Source: Abditibacterium sp. (GTDB lineage Bacteria > Armatimonadota > Abditibacteriia > Abditibacteriales > Abditibacteriaceae). From it: a DNA stretch of 64,000 nt. The DNA lies in the NCBI GenBank assembly GCA_965246885.1, contig OZ251992.1, positions 1,536,001-1,600,000 of the forward strand. Direction: 5' to 3'. Both the position numbers and the translations under genes were made by a program. The notes under the pieces are model-generated. The model was not told the DNA's origin, did no database searches, and worked only from the letters and a program-made list of their open reading frames with translations. This document shows positions 46,883 through 55,624 of the stretch, in pieces. Numbering within the stretch: the stretch's first letter is position 1; the number at the start of each line of letters is the position of its first letter.

Positions 46883-48508
46883 ATGCGGTCGTTCTCTCTT
46901 CTACTTTGGGCCGTTGGTGCCGCCTTGTGCTTGTGCGCGGGCGCCGCGCCGTGTGGTGCGGCGACTTTCGCCGCTAAAGCTGACTATCCTACTGGCGCCA
47001 ACCCTTATTCCCTTGCAAGCGGCGACTTCAACCGCGACGGAAACCTCGATTTGGCCGTCGCCAATCGAAGTAGCAACACTGTCTCTATCTTCTTAGGCCA
47101 TGCCGATGGCACCTTCGCCCCCAAAGTGGATTACCCGACGGGAACCAACCCGCTTTTCGTGGTCGCCAGCGATTGGAACCGCGATGGTATCCCCGACCTC
47201 GCTGTGTCCAACACCGGGAGCGATACCGTTTCCATCCTTATAGGTAAAGGCGACGGCACCTTCGGCGCCAAAACCGATTATGCCGTTGGCACCAACCCCT
47301 ATGGCGTCGCGGTCGGCGACTTCAACGGTGACGGAAAGATAGACCTCGCCGTCGCTAATTTCTCTGCGGCCTCCGTCTCCGTCCTGCTTGGAGATGGAAG
47401 CGGCGCCTTCGCCGCCAAAGTGGACTACCCCACCGGCACCAACCCCCGCTCCCTCGCTATTGGGGACTTCAACCGCGACGGCCACCTTGACCTCGCCATC
47501 AGCAATTATGGGAGCGACACCGTTTCCATCTTGCTTGGGCGCGGCGATGGCACGTTCAACGCCAAAGCTGATTACTCAACTGGCAGAAACCCGTTGGCCG
47601 TCGTCGCCAATGATTTCAACGGCGATGGCAACCCGGACTTGGCCATATCCAACAGTGGGGACGGCACTGTCTCCATTCTTATTGGAAGCGCGAGCGGTGC
47701 GTTCGGCGGCAAGACCAACTTTTCTACTGGCGCCACACCCGCCTCAATTGCGGTCGCTGATTTCGACGGTGACGCCCACCTTGACCTCGCCGTCGCCAAC
47801 TACGGAAGTAATAATCTTTCTTTCCTCGCGGGCAAAGGAAATGGCGCCTTCAGTCCCAAAGCGGATACCGCAATAGGCAGCAACCCCTACTTCGTGTTGA
47901 GCGGCGACTTCAACCATGACGGGGCATCTGACCTCGCTGTCGCCAACTACGGGGCCAACACCCTTTCCGTTCTGCTCAACACGACCACCGCTCCCGTTGC
48001 CACGCCCAGTGCGCTTTTTAGTGAGTTTCGTTTGAGCGGGCCGGGTGGGTTAGGGGACGAGTTCATCGAGCTGGCCAATGCAACGGGCGCGTCTGTGGAC
48101 GTGAGCGGTTGGAGCGTAGTGGCGGGGGGCGTGACCGTTCCGCTGAGCGGGGTCATTGCGGCGAGGGGGCACCTGTTGCTGGCCAATGCGGGCGGGTATT
48201 CTTTGGGCGGGGCCGCTCCCGCCGACCTGAGCTACTCCGGCGACATCCCGACCGATGCTACTGGTGGCGCTGGTGTCCACGAGGTTGAAGTCCGTCGTGG
48301 TGTTGCCCGTGTTGGACGGGGCGCCGCTTTCGAGGCGCCGCACGTAGGCATATTGGTCAGTCGCGTTGGGTGGGATGGGCGAGGCCCCGACCGTGTCCAC
48401 GACGGTGCCCCCGGCGTTCTGGAGGGTGAGGCCGCCATCGGAAGGCAGGTCGCCGGTGTAGGTCACATCTCCCGCAACGCCCAAGGAGTAGCCACCACTG
48501 TTAGTTAA
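46883..48508 (+). CDS. Secreted FG-GAP repeat protein; lamin-tail-like C-terminal module truncated at 48254
   Basis: Seven (G)DFNxDGxxDLAV repeats; LFSEFRLSGPGG..DEFIEL; sequence after 48254 is the antisense of the CSLREA gene. Confidence 0.85.
   Translation: MRSFSLLLWAVGAALCLCAGAAPCGAATFAAKADYPTGANPYSLASGDFNRDGNLDLAVANRSSNTVSIFLGHADGTFAPKVDYPTGTNPLFVVASDWNRDGIPDLAVSNTGSDTVSILIGKGDGTFGAKTDYAVGTNPYGVAVGDFNGDGKIDLAVANFSAASVSVLLGDGSGAFAAKVDYPTGTNPRSLAIGDFNRDGHLDLAISNYGSDTVSILLGRGDGTFNAKADYSTGRNPLAVVANDFNGDGNPDLAISNSGDGTVSILIGSASGAFGGKTNFSTGATPASIAVADFDGDAHLDLAVANYGSNNLSFLAGKGNGAFSPKADTAIGSNPYFVLSGDFNHDGASDLAVANYGANTLSVLLNTTTAPVATPSALFSEFRLSGPGGLGDEFIELANATGASVDVSGWSVVAGGVTVPLSGVIAARGHLLLANAGGYSLGGAAPADLSYSGDIPTDATGGAGVHEVEVRRGVARVGRGAAFEAPHVGILVSRVGWDGRGPDRVHDGAPGVLEGEAAIGRQVAGVGHISRNAQGVATTVS
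48003..48254 (+). repeat. 252-bp inverted repeat, left copy (partner 54271-54522)
   Basis: Reverse complement matches by eye with no mismatch found; identical translations in several frames of the ORF track. Confidence 0.93.
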
Positions 48509-51500
48509 TAAGAGGTGCCCACGCGCCGGGATGTTGCCGGTGATGGCGATGGGCGCGGACGCGCCGCCCAACACCTGCCAGCCCGTCAGGTTGAGCGCGC
48601 CACCGGTGGTGTTGCAAAGCTCGATGAACTGGTCGCTGTTGCCACCCGGCCCGGTCAGGCGGTATTGGCTAATCAGCGCGCCCGAAATGGCGGGAGGAAT
48701 GGCGGGAGATTCGATGGCGCCGATGTCCACGATGCCGCCGATGACGCGCGGATGGCCAACGCCGCGCTGGTCGTAGGGGGTGGCGGTCGCGTCGAAGGTG
48801 GGGTTGCCCGCGTTGGCGGCGGGGCTACCAGCAAGCAGCAGTTGGGTTTGCGTCGGGCCGCCGTTGTCGGCGAGGGCGCCCAGAAGCGGGTCTTGGCCCG
48901 TCACGTTGTGCGTGCCGGAAAGCGTGGCGTCCGTAATGTCGCGCACGAGGTTGTAATCGCCCGCTTGGACGGTGCCCTCGATGTCGGCGCCCGATGCCGA
49001 GGCGGTGTTATTGGCGACGATGCTGTTGGTCAGCGTCAGGTAGTTGGCTTGATAGATACCACCGCCGGAGTAACCGTTGCTGGCCGCGTTTTCGGTGATG
49101 GTGCAGTTGTTGATGGCCACGACGCCCGCGACGAAAACGCCGCCACTGTCCCCGTTAGTCGCCGCGTTGCCGTTGACGGTGGTGTTGTTGAGCGTGACAT
49201 TGCCTGCCGCGTAGATGCCGCCGCCATAGCCACTGGTGGCGGTGTTGCCGCTCAGGGTGCTGGCGTTGACGGTGAGGGTGCCATAGAAGTAGTTGTAAAC
49301 GCCGCCGCCGTTGTTGGCCGAGGTGTTGTTCGAGACAGTGCAAGCGTTCAGCGTCAGTGCGCCCTGATCGTTGTAAATGCCGCCTCCACCAGATGAGAAA
49401 ACCGCGTTGCCGGTGACGACGACGCGGTTGAGCGTGGTGGTGTCTTGGTAATAGTTGTAAAGACCGCCGCCGTAGGTCGCGGTGCTGCCGTTAGTGATGG
49501 TGAGGTCGGAGATGTTGACGACAGTTCCAGAGTTTGTGCCGGACAAGTTGAAGACGCGGCTGAGGCCACCGCCGTTGACGGTCAGCTTGGCCGTCCCGGT
49601 GCCTTGGATGTCCACGCTGCCGGTCACGAGGAGTTCCGTTCCGCCGAGGTTGATGCTTTGGGGAGACGCGAAGGCGCTGGGGTCGAAGGAAATGGTCGCG
49701 GCGCTGGTGTAGTGGTTGGCGGCGCGGATGGCTTGGCGGAGCGAGCAGTCGCCAACGGCGCAGGCGCCATCGGCGTCGGTGCTGTTGGTGACGACGAAGG
49801 AGGGGCCGGATTGGACGGTCTTGGTGGAGCCGGACTCGACGGCGCCGATGTCATTCGCCGCACCGACGGGCCGGGCGAGGCCGCGCTGGTCTACGTTGGA
49901 CTCCGTGAGGCCAACGTCAATGGCGGGGCTACCGGCGAGAGGCAAGTGGGTGAGCGTCGGGCCGCCGTTGTTGGAAAGGGCGCCGAGTTTGGGGTCTTTG
50001 CCAGTGACGTTGTGGGTGCCAGAAAGGGTGGCGCCGCTCGTGGACTTAACGAGGTTGTAGTCGCCGCTATTGACGGTGCCCTTGATGTCGGGGCCGGTGC
50101 CGCCCGAAGCGAGGTTGCCGCCGACGATGGTGTTGTTGAGCGTGAGATTGTTGCCGTCGTTGGCGATGCCGCCGCCGCCGTTGCCCGACCCGCCGATGGA
50201 AGCGGCGTTGAGCGTGAGGGTGGAGTCGGACACGTTCAAGGCGCTGCTGTTGTAAATGCCGCCGCCGAAGCCGCCGTTGGGACATTTGTTGGCCGAGAAG
50301 GTGGAGTTGGAAACGGTGACGTTGCTGTATTGGTTATAGATGCCGCCACCACTGCCCGCGCCTTTGGCGAGGTTGCCGGAGAAGGTGCTGGAATCAACGG
50401 ACAGTGTGAGGTTGGAGGCGAAAATGCCGCCGCCGCCGTTGCCCGCCCCGCCAGTAGTAGTGCTGTTGCCAGCGAAGGTGGTCTTCGAGATGTTGACGGT
50501 GCCGTATTGAACATACAAGCCGCCGCCCTGCGTGGCGGCGATGTTGCCGGAGAAGGTGCAGTTGGTAATGGTGTCGCCGTCGTATAAAAACATGCCGCCG
50601 CCGGCGCCGGTCGCGGTGTTGCTCGAAAAGGTCACGTCAGACAGGAACACATGCTTATCTCCACTCGTACCCTCCGCGTCCAAACCGCCGCCGTTGCCAG
50701 CCGCGTTGCCTTTGGTGATGGTCAAACCGGAGATGTTGTAAGCCGCGTCTGCGGTCAAGTTGAACACGCGACTGGCGTTGTTGCCGCTCACGGTCAATTT
50801 GGCCGAGCCGGGGCCGATGAGGGTGGCAGCTTGCGAGAGGGCCAACTCGGTTCCGCCGAGGGTGATGGTTTGGGCGCTTGCGAAGGCGGAAGCGTCGAAG
50901 GTAATGGTGGGCGGGTCGAAGGAGTTGTTGGCCGCGCTCACCGCTTGGCGCAAGGAGCAGTTACCCGCCGCGCACGCGCCGTCCACGTCTGTTGTGTTGG
51001 TGACGGTGAAGGTGGGGCCGGGTTGAACGACGGCGGAGGAGCCGAACTCGTAGGCGCCGATGTCGTTGGCCGCGCCAACGGGCCGCACGCGCCCGCGCGC
51101 GTCGGCGAAGAGCGTGGAAGCGGGGTCGCCCGCGTCAATGGCGGGGCTGCCGCTTTGCAGGGCGACGGTTTGGACGGGGCCGCCGTTGTTGGCGAGGGGT
51201 TGGATGAGCGGGTCTACGCCGGTCAGGTTGTGCGTGCCGGAAAGCGTGGCGCCAGTTGCGTCTTGAAGGAGGTTGTAATCGCCGGAGCTAACGGTGCCGG
51301 AAAAGTCGGGGCCGGTGGTGTCACCGGGCGACGTGTTGCCCGCGACGAGGGTGTTGCTCATGTTGAACGTGCCCCCGGCGACGATGCCACCGCCCGCGCC
51401 GCCCGCGTTATCGGTGTTCGCGGTGTTGCCCGTGACGGTGCAAAACAGGAGGTTGGCGGTGGCGCCGTTGTTATACAAGCCGCCGCCGCCGCCCGCCGCG

Positions 51501-52240
51501 TTGTTATTGGCGATGGTGACGTTGGTGAGGTTCATCGGCCCCGCGTTCAGGATGCCGCCGCCCGCGCCGCCCGCGCTCGCGGTGTTGCCAGAGATGGTCG
51601 AGGAGTCGGCGTTGAGCGTGCCCGACGAGTTGTAAATGCCGCCGCCAAAACCGCCCGCCGCAGCGCTGTTGCCCGCAACCGTCGAGGAGCGCAAGATGAC
51701 GGTGCCGGAGTTGTTGTAGATACCGCCGCCGCCCGAAGTGGAATCGGCTGTGGTGTTGTTCGAGACCGAGGAGCGCACGAGGGTGAGCGTGCCGGAGTTG
51801 TAAATGCCGCCGCCGCCCGCCGTCGCCGACGAACCGCCCGTGATGGACAGGTCTTCCAAGCGCGCATTCACGCTGGCATCCACTTGAAAGACGCGGCTTA
51901 CATTATTGCCTGATACGGATACCCCGGCGGCGCTACCCTTGATGAGGACGTTTTTGGACAGTTCGAGTTGGGTACCGCTCAGGGTGATGACTTTCGCGGA
52001 CGCGAAGGCCGTCGGGTCGAAGGTGATGGTGGCGCCGGAAGCGGCGGCGTTGGCGGAAGCGATTGCTTCGCGCAGGTTGCAGCCATCGCCGACACCGGCA
52101 GCCGTGCAACTGCCATCACCCGCATCGGAGTTGTTCGTGACAACAAAAGTCGAACCAGCCGCCCGCGCGGGACGAAGCGGCAACAGCGCCCCTGCCGCAC
52201 ACAGCAACAGGGCGCCCCAAGGCAAAGATCGGGATTTCAT
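48050..52240 (-). CDS. Secreted protein with three CSLREA/beta-helix/choice-of-anchor-Q-like units; C-terminal module truncated at about 48255
   Basis: CNLREAI, CSLRQAV, CSLRQAI; GGGIYN repeats; NNGGPT..GSPAIDAG..DQRG..DIGA; LISQYRLTGPGGNSDQFIEL; antisense junk after VDTSATSS. Confidence 0.87.
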   Translation of the reverse strand: MKSRSLPWGALLLCAAGALLPLRPARAAGSTFVVTNNSDAGDGSCTAAGVGDGCNLREAIASANAAASGATITFDPTAFASAKVITLSGTQLELSKNVLIKGSAAGVSVSGNNVSRVFQVDASVNARLEDLSITGGSSATAGGGGIYNSGTLTLVRSSVSNNTTADSTSGGGGIYNNSGTVILRSSTVAGNSAAAGGFGGGIYNSSGTLNADSSTISGNTASAGGAGGGILNAGPMNLTNVTIANNNAAGGGGGLYNNGATANLLFCTVTGNTANTDNAGGAGGGIVAGGTFNMSNTLVAGNTSPGDTTGPDFSGTVSSGDYNLLQDATGATLSGTHNLTGVDPLIQPLANNGGPVQTVALQSGSPAIDAGDPASTLFADARGRVRPVGAANDIGAYEFGSSAVVQPGPTFTVTNTTDVDGACAAGNCSLRQAVSAANNSFDPPTITFDASAFASAQTITLGGTELALSQAATLIGPGSAKLTVSGNNASRVFNLTADAAYNISGLTITKGNAAGNGGGLDAEGTSGDKHVFLSDVTFSSNTATGAGGGMFLYDGDTITNCTFSGNIAATQGGGLYVQYGTVNISKTTFAGNSTTTGGAGNGGGGIFASNLTLSVDSSTFSGNLAKGAGSGGGIYNQYSNVTVSNSTFSANKCPNGGFGGGIYNSSALNVSDSTLTLNAASIGGSGNGGGGIANDGNNLTLNNTIVGGNLASGGTGPDIKGTVNSGDYNLVKSTSGATLSGTHNVTGKDPKLGALSNNGGPTLTHLPLAGSPAIDVGLTESNVDQRGLARPVGAANDIGAVESGSTKTVQSGPSFVVTNSTDADGACAVGDCSLRQAIRAANHYTSAATISFDPSAFASPQSINLGGTELLVTGSVDIQGTGTAKLTVNGGGLSRVFNLSGTNSGTVVNISDLTITNGSTATYGGGLYNYYQDTTTLNRVVVTGNAVFSSGGGGIYNDQGALTLNACTVSNNTSANNGGGVYNYFYGTLTVNASTLSGNTATSGYGGGIYAAGNVTLNNTTVNGNAATNGDSGGVFVAGVVAINNCTITENAASNGYSGGGIYQANYLTLTNSIVANNTASASGADIEGTVQAGDYNLVRDITDATLSGTHNVTGQDPLLGALADNGGPTQTQLLLAGSPAANAGNPTFDATATPYDQRGVGHPRVIGGIVDIGAIESPAIPPAISGALISQYRLTGPGGNSDQFIELCNTTGGALNLTGWQVLGGASAPIAITGNIPARGHLLLTNSGGYSLGVAGDVTYTGDLPSDGGLTLQNAGGTVVDTVGASPIPPNATDQYAYVRRLESGAPSNTGNTTTDFNLVDTSATSSIGRDVAGVAQVGGSGPAQRIPARIGQQQVPPRRNDPAQRNGHAPRHYAPTAHVHRRARCIGQLDELVP
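48256..48365 (-). repeat. 110-bp direct repeat, left copy (partner 54085-54194)
   Basis: TGCTACTGGTGGCGCTGGTGTCCACGAGG...ATTGGTCAGTCGCG is identical in both. Confidence 0.93.
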
Positions 52241-52412
52241 GAGAAGACGCCGGGCCTTCTTGCCCGCGCGCCACACATGTTAACAGATGCATCCAATCAA
52301 TTCCAGAGGTGTGAAGGTAAATTTTTTAACATTTACGCCTCTTTTTTGGTAAAATATAATTAATTAAGGAACATCCCTCATTCAACGTTGTCAAGAGTGG
52401 CAGTTAACCCTT

Positions 52413-52601
52413 TTGCCGTCCGTCTGGCACACCGCGCCAGACGCCGGTGACGCGACGACAGACATCCGGCGGCTAATGACAGAGGGCGGCGGAACAATGA
52501 CGGACGTCTGTCGCGGAGTCACCGGCGTCTGGCGCCCAGTCGCAGAGGGCGGCGAACGAACGCCCGCCCTCCGAAAGTGGAGGGCATAGGGCGGTGACGC
52601 G
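52413..52601. repeat. Intergenic 21-nt tandem array (9 units) with an internal inverted repeat
   Basis: ACGACAGACATCCGGCGGCTA / ATGACAGAGGGCGGCGGAACA / ATGACGGACGTCTGTCGCGGA; 52434-52451 is the exact reverse complement of 52518-52535. Confidence 0.8.
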
Positions 52602-52604
52602 AAG

Positions 52605-53366
52605 TTAAAGGCGCGCGAGGCGTCCAGCGTCAACGGTTAGAGTGGTGCCGGTGATAAACGCGGCGCCATCGGAGGCAAGATAGCAAATGGCGTCGGCGAT
52701 GCCTCCGGCGGGAATGACGGTGCCTTCCAGCTTTTCGGCGCCCGATTGCAAATTGGGGTTGCTCCACAAAAGCGGCGTGTCAACGGCGCCGGGGGCGACA
52801 GCGTTGACGCGCACGCTTTGCGTTTCGACTTCGAGGGCGAGAGCGCGCGTGAACGCTTCAAGTCCGCCTTTGCTCGCGGCGTAAGCGGACACGTTGCGCG
52901 TGGTGGCTTGGGCATGAACGCTGGACACGTTGATGACCGCGCCGCCGCGCCGCCCGTTGGCGCGCTTCATGTGCGGCACAGCGTATTTGCAAAACAGGAA
53001 GGCCGCGCGCAGGTTGACATCCATCACAGTGTCCCAGTCGTCCTCGGACAAGGCAACGACGGGAGCAAAACGCATGGTTCCGGCGTTATTGACGAGGGTG
53101 TCGAGGCGCCCCCATAGCTCTACGACGCGATTGACCGCACCCTGCACGTCGGCGCTTTGCGACACATCAGCGCAGAGAAACACGCCCTGTCCGCCTTCTT
53201 TGGTGAGCAGTTCGAGGGTTTGCGCGCCGGTTTCGCGGTCGTTGTCCACGATGGCCACGCGCGCGCCCTCGCGGGCCAGTTGTAAGGCCGTCGCGCGCCC
53301 AATACCCGACCCGGCGCCCGTCACGAGGGCGATTGATCCCTTGAATCGCATGAAATTCTGCTCCAT
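52605..53366 (-). CDS. SDR-family oxidoreductase
   Basis: TGAGSGIG, NNAG, NVSS, YAASK, RVNAVAPG. Confidence 0.93.
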   Translation of the reverse strand: MEQNFMRFKGSIALVTGAGSGIGRATALQLAREGARVAIVDNDRETGAQTLELLTKEGGQGVFLCADVSQSADVQGAVNRVVELWGRLDTLVNNAGTMRFAPVVALSEDDWDTVMDVNLRAAFLFCKYAVPHMKRANGRRGGAVINVSSVHAQATTRNVSAYAASKGGLEAFTRALALEVETQSVRVNAVAPGAVDTPLLWSNPNLQSGAEKLEGTVIPAGGIADAICYLASDGAAFITGTTLTVDAGRLARL

Positions 53367-53512
53367 GATGTCGTTGATGAGTTCTATCTCTTCTCCTAAC
53401 GAGCAAGGGAAACGCCATTCAACGGGATTTCCCTTATAGTGAACGTCTTATCAGTCATCAGAGACTTCATTCTTTGGATTAAATTTGGGTAAAGGTTCCC
53501 TATCCTGCTGCC

Positions 53513-55522
53513 TCAGGGCAGGACTTCGGCGTCCACAACGATGCGGAATTGGCCTTCGGCTTGGATGCCGAAGAGGAACTCGACGTTCACGCTCGCACCC
53601 GCCGCGAGGGTGCCGCCGGGAAGCGGCACCGTCCAACCCGCGTTGAGGCCGCCGCCGTTGCCGCTCGAAGCGGCGGAAAGCGGCGCTTCCGTCGGCGTGG
53701 TGGGCGCGTCCAAGGTCATGCCGTAAGCGGCGCGCTGGATGACGTGGCTGGCATCGTAGTAGCGCACCCCGCCCGACGAGATGGCGCGCAAATCCGCCAC
53801 GCCCGAAGCCGTGCTCCCGCCAGAGGTCGCGCCCACGATGCGAAAGCGCAACTTGGACACGCTCGCGCCGGTGGTGTTGGTGATGGTGCGGCGGATGCTG
53901 AGGCGGCCTTGAGGATCAATGGCGCTGCCCTTGCTGGGGTAGCGCGCAATCGAGTAGACGCCGGGGATGTTCATCGCTTTGTTGCTGATGCCGTCGTTGC
54001 GCTGAACCGTGCTCGCGGCGTTGTGCGGGTTCGGGCTGCCCAAGCGCGCGCCGCCGAGAGCGCCCACACCGCTTGCGCCGACCGTGCTACTGGTGGCGCT
54101 GGTGTCCACGAGGTTGAAGTCCGTCGTGGTGTTGCCCGTGTTGGACGGGGCGCCGCTTTCGAGGCGCCGCACGTAGGCATATTGGTCAGTCGCGCTCGCA
54201 GGCGAGGCGATGGGCGCCGAAACGGTGTCCACGACGGTGCCCCCGGCGTTTTTCAAGCAAAGCGAGGAGCCGGTCGGGATGTCGCCGGAGTAGCTCAGGT
54301 CGGCGGGAGCGGCCCCGCCCAAAGAATACCCGCCCGCATTGGCCAGCAACAGGTGCCCCCTCGCCGCAATGACCCCGCTCAGCGGAACGGTCACGCCCCC
54401 CGCCACTACGCTCCAACCGCTCACGTCCACAGACGCGCCCGTTGCATTGGCCAGCTCGATGAACTCGTCCCCTAACCCACCCGGCCCGCTCAAACGAAAC
54501 TCACTAAAAAGCGCACTGGGCGCAACCGGGGCCGCGACGTTGAGTGGCGCGGTTGCGCTCGCCGTTTTTGCACCGCCCACGCCGGTGTTGCCCAAATCAT
54601 TGATGCCCAGCGTAAGAGTGTCGGGGCCGGTGTAGCCGGTGGCGGGGGTGTACGTCAGGCCATCTAACGCGGCGTTGGCCGCTCCACCGGGGATGTCGTT
54701 GCCTTGCGCGTCTTTGGCGACGGTAACGGTGCCCCGAAAAACTATCGAAGTGTCGCCCGTCCCGGTGCCCTGCGAAAACGTGAGGCCCGCTTTGCCGTTG
54801 AGGGTGAGGGTGCCGTGTAGCACGCTCAGGCTCACTTCTTCGGGTTGCCCGGAATCGTCCGCATCGGCGACGCCCATTTGGTTGTTCGTTCCCGCCGAGA
54901 AGACGAAAGGCGTGTTCAGAGTCACATTTTGTGTCACGGCGCTGCCGTTGCCATCGGTGGGAACAACGGCGATGGGCGCGTTGTTGGTGGCTGTGATGCT
55001 GACGGTTGTGGTGGCGGTGGCGGAGTTAGCGCCATCGAAATCCTGCACAACAACGGTGATGACGCGCGGCGTGGTGTTGGGGTTGGTGCTGGAGTTGGCG
55101 TAGCGCACGGTGCGAAGCACCTGTTGAAAATTGGCCACCGACTCGCCGCCACGCAGATACAGTTCGCCCGTTGTCTTGTCGTAGCCCGTCGTGGTGATGG
55201 TGGTGCCACCCGTCAACGCGCTCAATGATTCTGACGCGCCGTTGAGTGGATTTGTGAGCGTCACGGTCATCGAGTAGATGTTGTATGGCGTGGTGCCGTC
55301 ATCGCTGATGGTGCCTGCAGTCGCGATGAGCGGGCGCCGTTGGGCGGCGGGAGCGCCTTCGGTGTAGGCTGCCGTGTTGTCTATCCCCGCGCCGGGGCCG
55401 TTCAGGTCAACGACGGGCGGCTGATTCGCGTGCGCGCCAACGGCGGCGCCGACCAAAGTTCCCATCATTGCCATCAACAGCGCGCAACGGCGCGCGATGG
55501 GCTTGCATGAAAGCGATTGCAT
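53513..55522 (-). CDS. Secreted cadherin/Ig-like protein with the complete lamin-tail-like C-terminal module
   Basis: Signal peptide; PPVVDLNG..YTEG..QQVLRTVRY; NAALDGLTYTP; LFSEFRL...RLSIRRTITNTTG...VNVEFLFGIQ..FRIVVDAEVLP; start trimmed to ATG 55522. Confidence 0.82.
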   Translation of the reverse strand: MQSLSCKPIARRCALLMAMMGTLVGAAVGAHANQPPVVDLNGPGAGIDNTAAYTEGAPAAQRRPLIATAGTISDDGTTPYNIYSMTVTLTNPLNGASESLSALTGGTTITTTGYDKTTGELYLRGGESVANFQQVLRTVRYANSSTNPNTTPRVITVVVQDFDGANSATATTTVSITATNNAPIAVVPTDGNGSAVTQNVTLNTPFVFSAGTNNQMGVADADDSGQPEEVSLSVLHGTLTLNGKAGLTFSQGTGTGDTSIVFRGTVTVAKDAQGNDIPGGAANAALDGLTYTPATGYTGPDTLTLGINDLGNTGVGGAKTASATAPLNVAAPVAPSALFSEFRLSGPGGLGDEFIELANATGASVDVSGWSVVAGGVTVPLSGVIAARGHLLLANAGGYSLGGAAPADLSYSGDIPTGSSLCLKNAGGTVVDTVSAPIASPASATDQYAYVRRLESGAPSNTGNTTTDFNLVDTSATSSTVGASGVGALGGARLGSPNPHNAASTVQRNDGISNKAMNIPGVYSIARYPSKGSAIDPQGRLSIRRTITNTTGASVSKLRFRIVGATSGGSTASGVADLRAISSGGVRYYDASHVIQRAAYGMTLDAPTTPTEAPLSAASSGNGGGLNAGWTVPLPGGTLAAGASVNVEFLFGIQAEGQFRIVVDAEVLP
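54085..54194 (-). repeat. 110-bp direct repeat, right copy
   Basis: Identical to 48256-48365. Confidence 0.93.
54271..54522 (-). repeat. 252-bp inverted repeat, right copy
   Basis: Reverse complement of 48003-48254. Confidence 0.93.
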
Positions 55523-55624
55523 AATTTCATTGCAAGGAGCACAGCCCCTCGCCAATTCGCTAGGATTTTAACCAATTCTGCCCTGCGCGTCACCCCACGC
55601 CAAGGGCATAAACACCGAGCCGGT

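Noticed and set aside
46883..52240. Internal repeats of the FG-GAP and CSLREA genes as DGR template/variable repeats
   Set aside because: Ordinary protein domain repeats; no adenine-specific mismatch pattern and no reverse transcriptase.
48255..54270. Dedicated invertase or transposase inside the inverted repeats
   Set aside because: The segment holds only the CSLREA gene, an SDR and the tail; no serine or tyrosine recombinase motifs.
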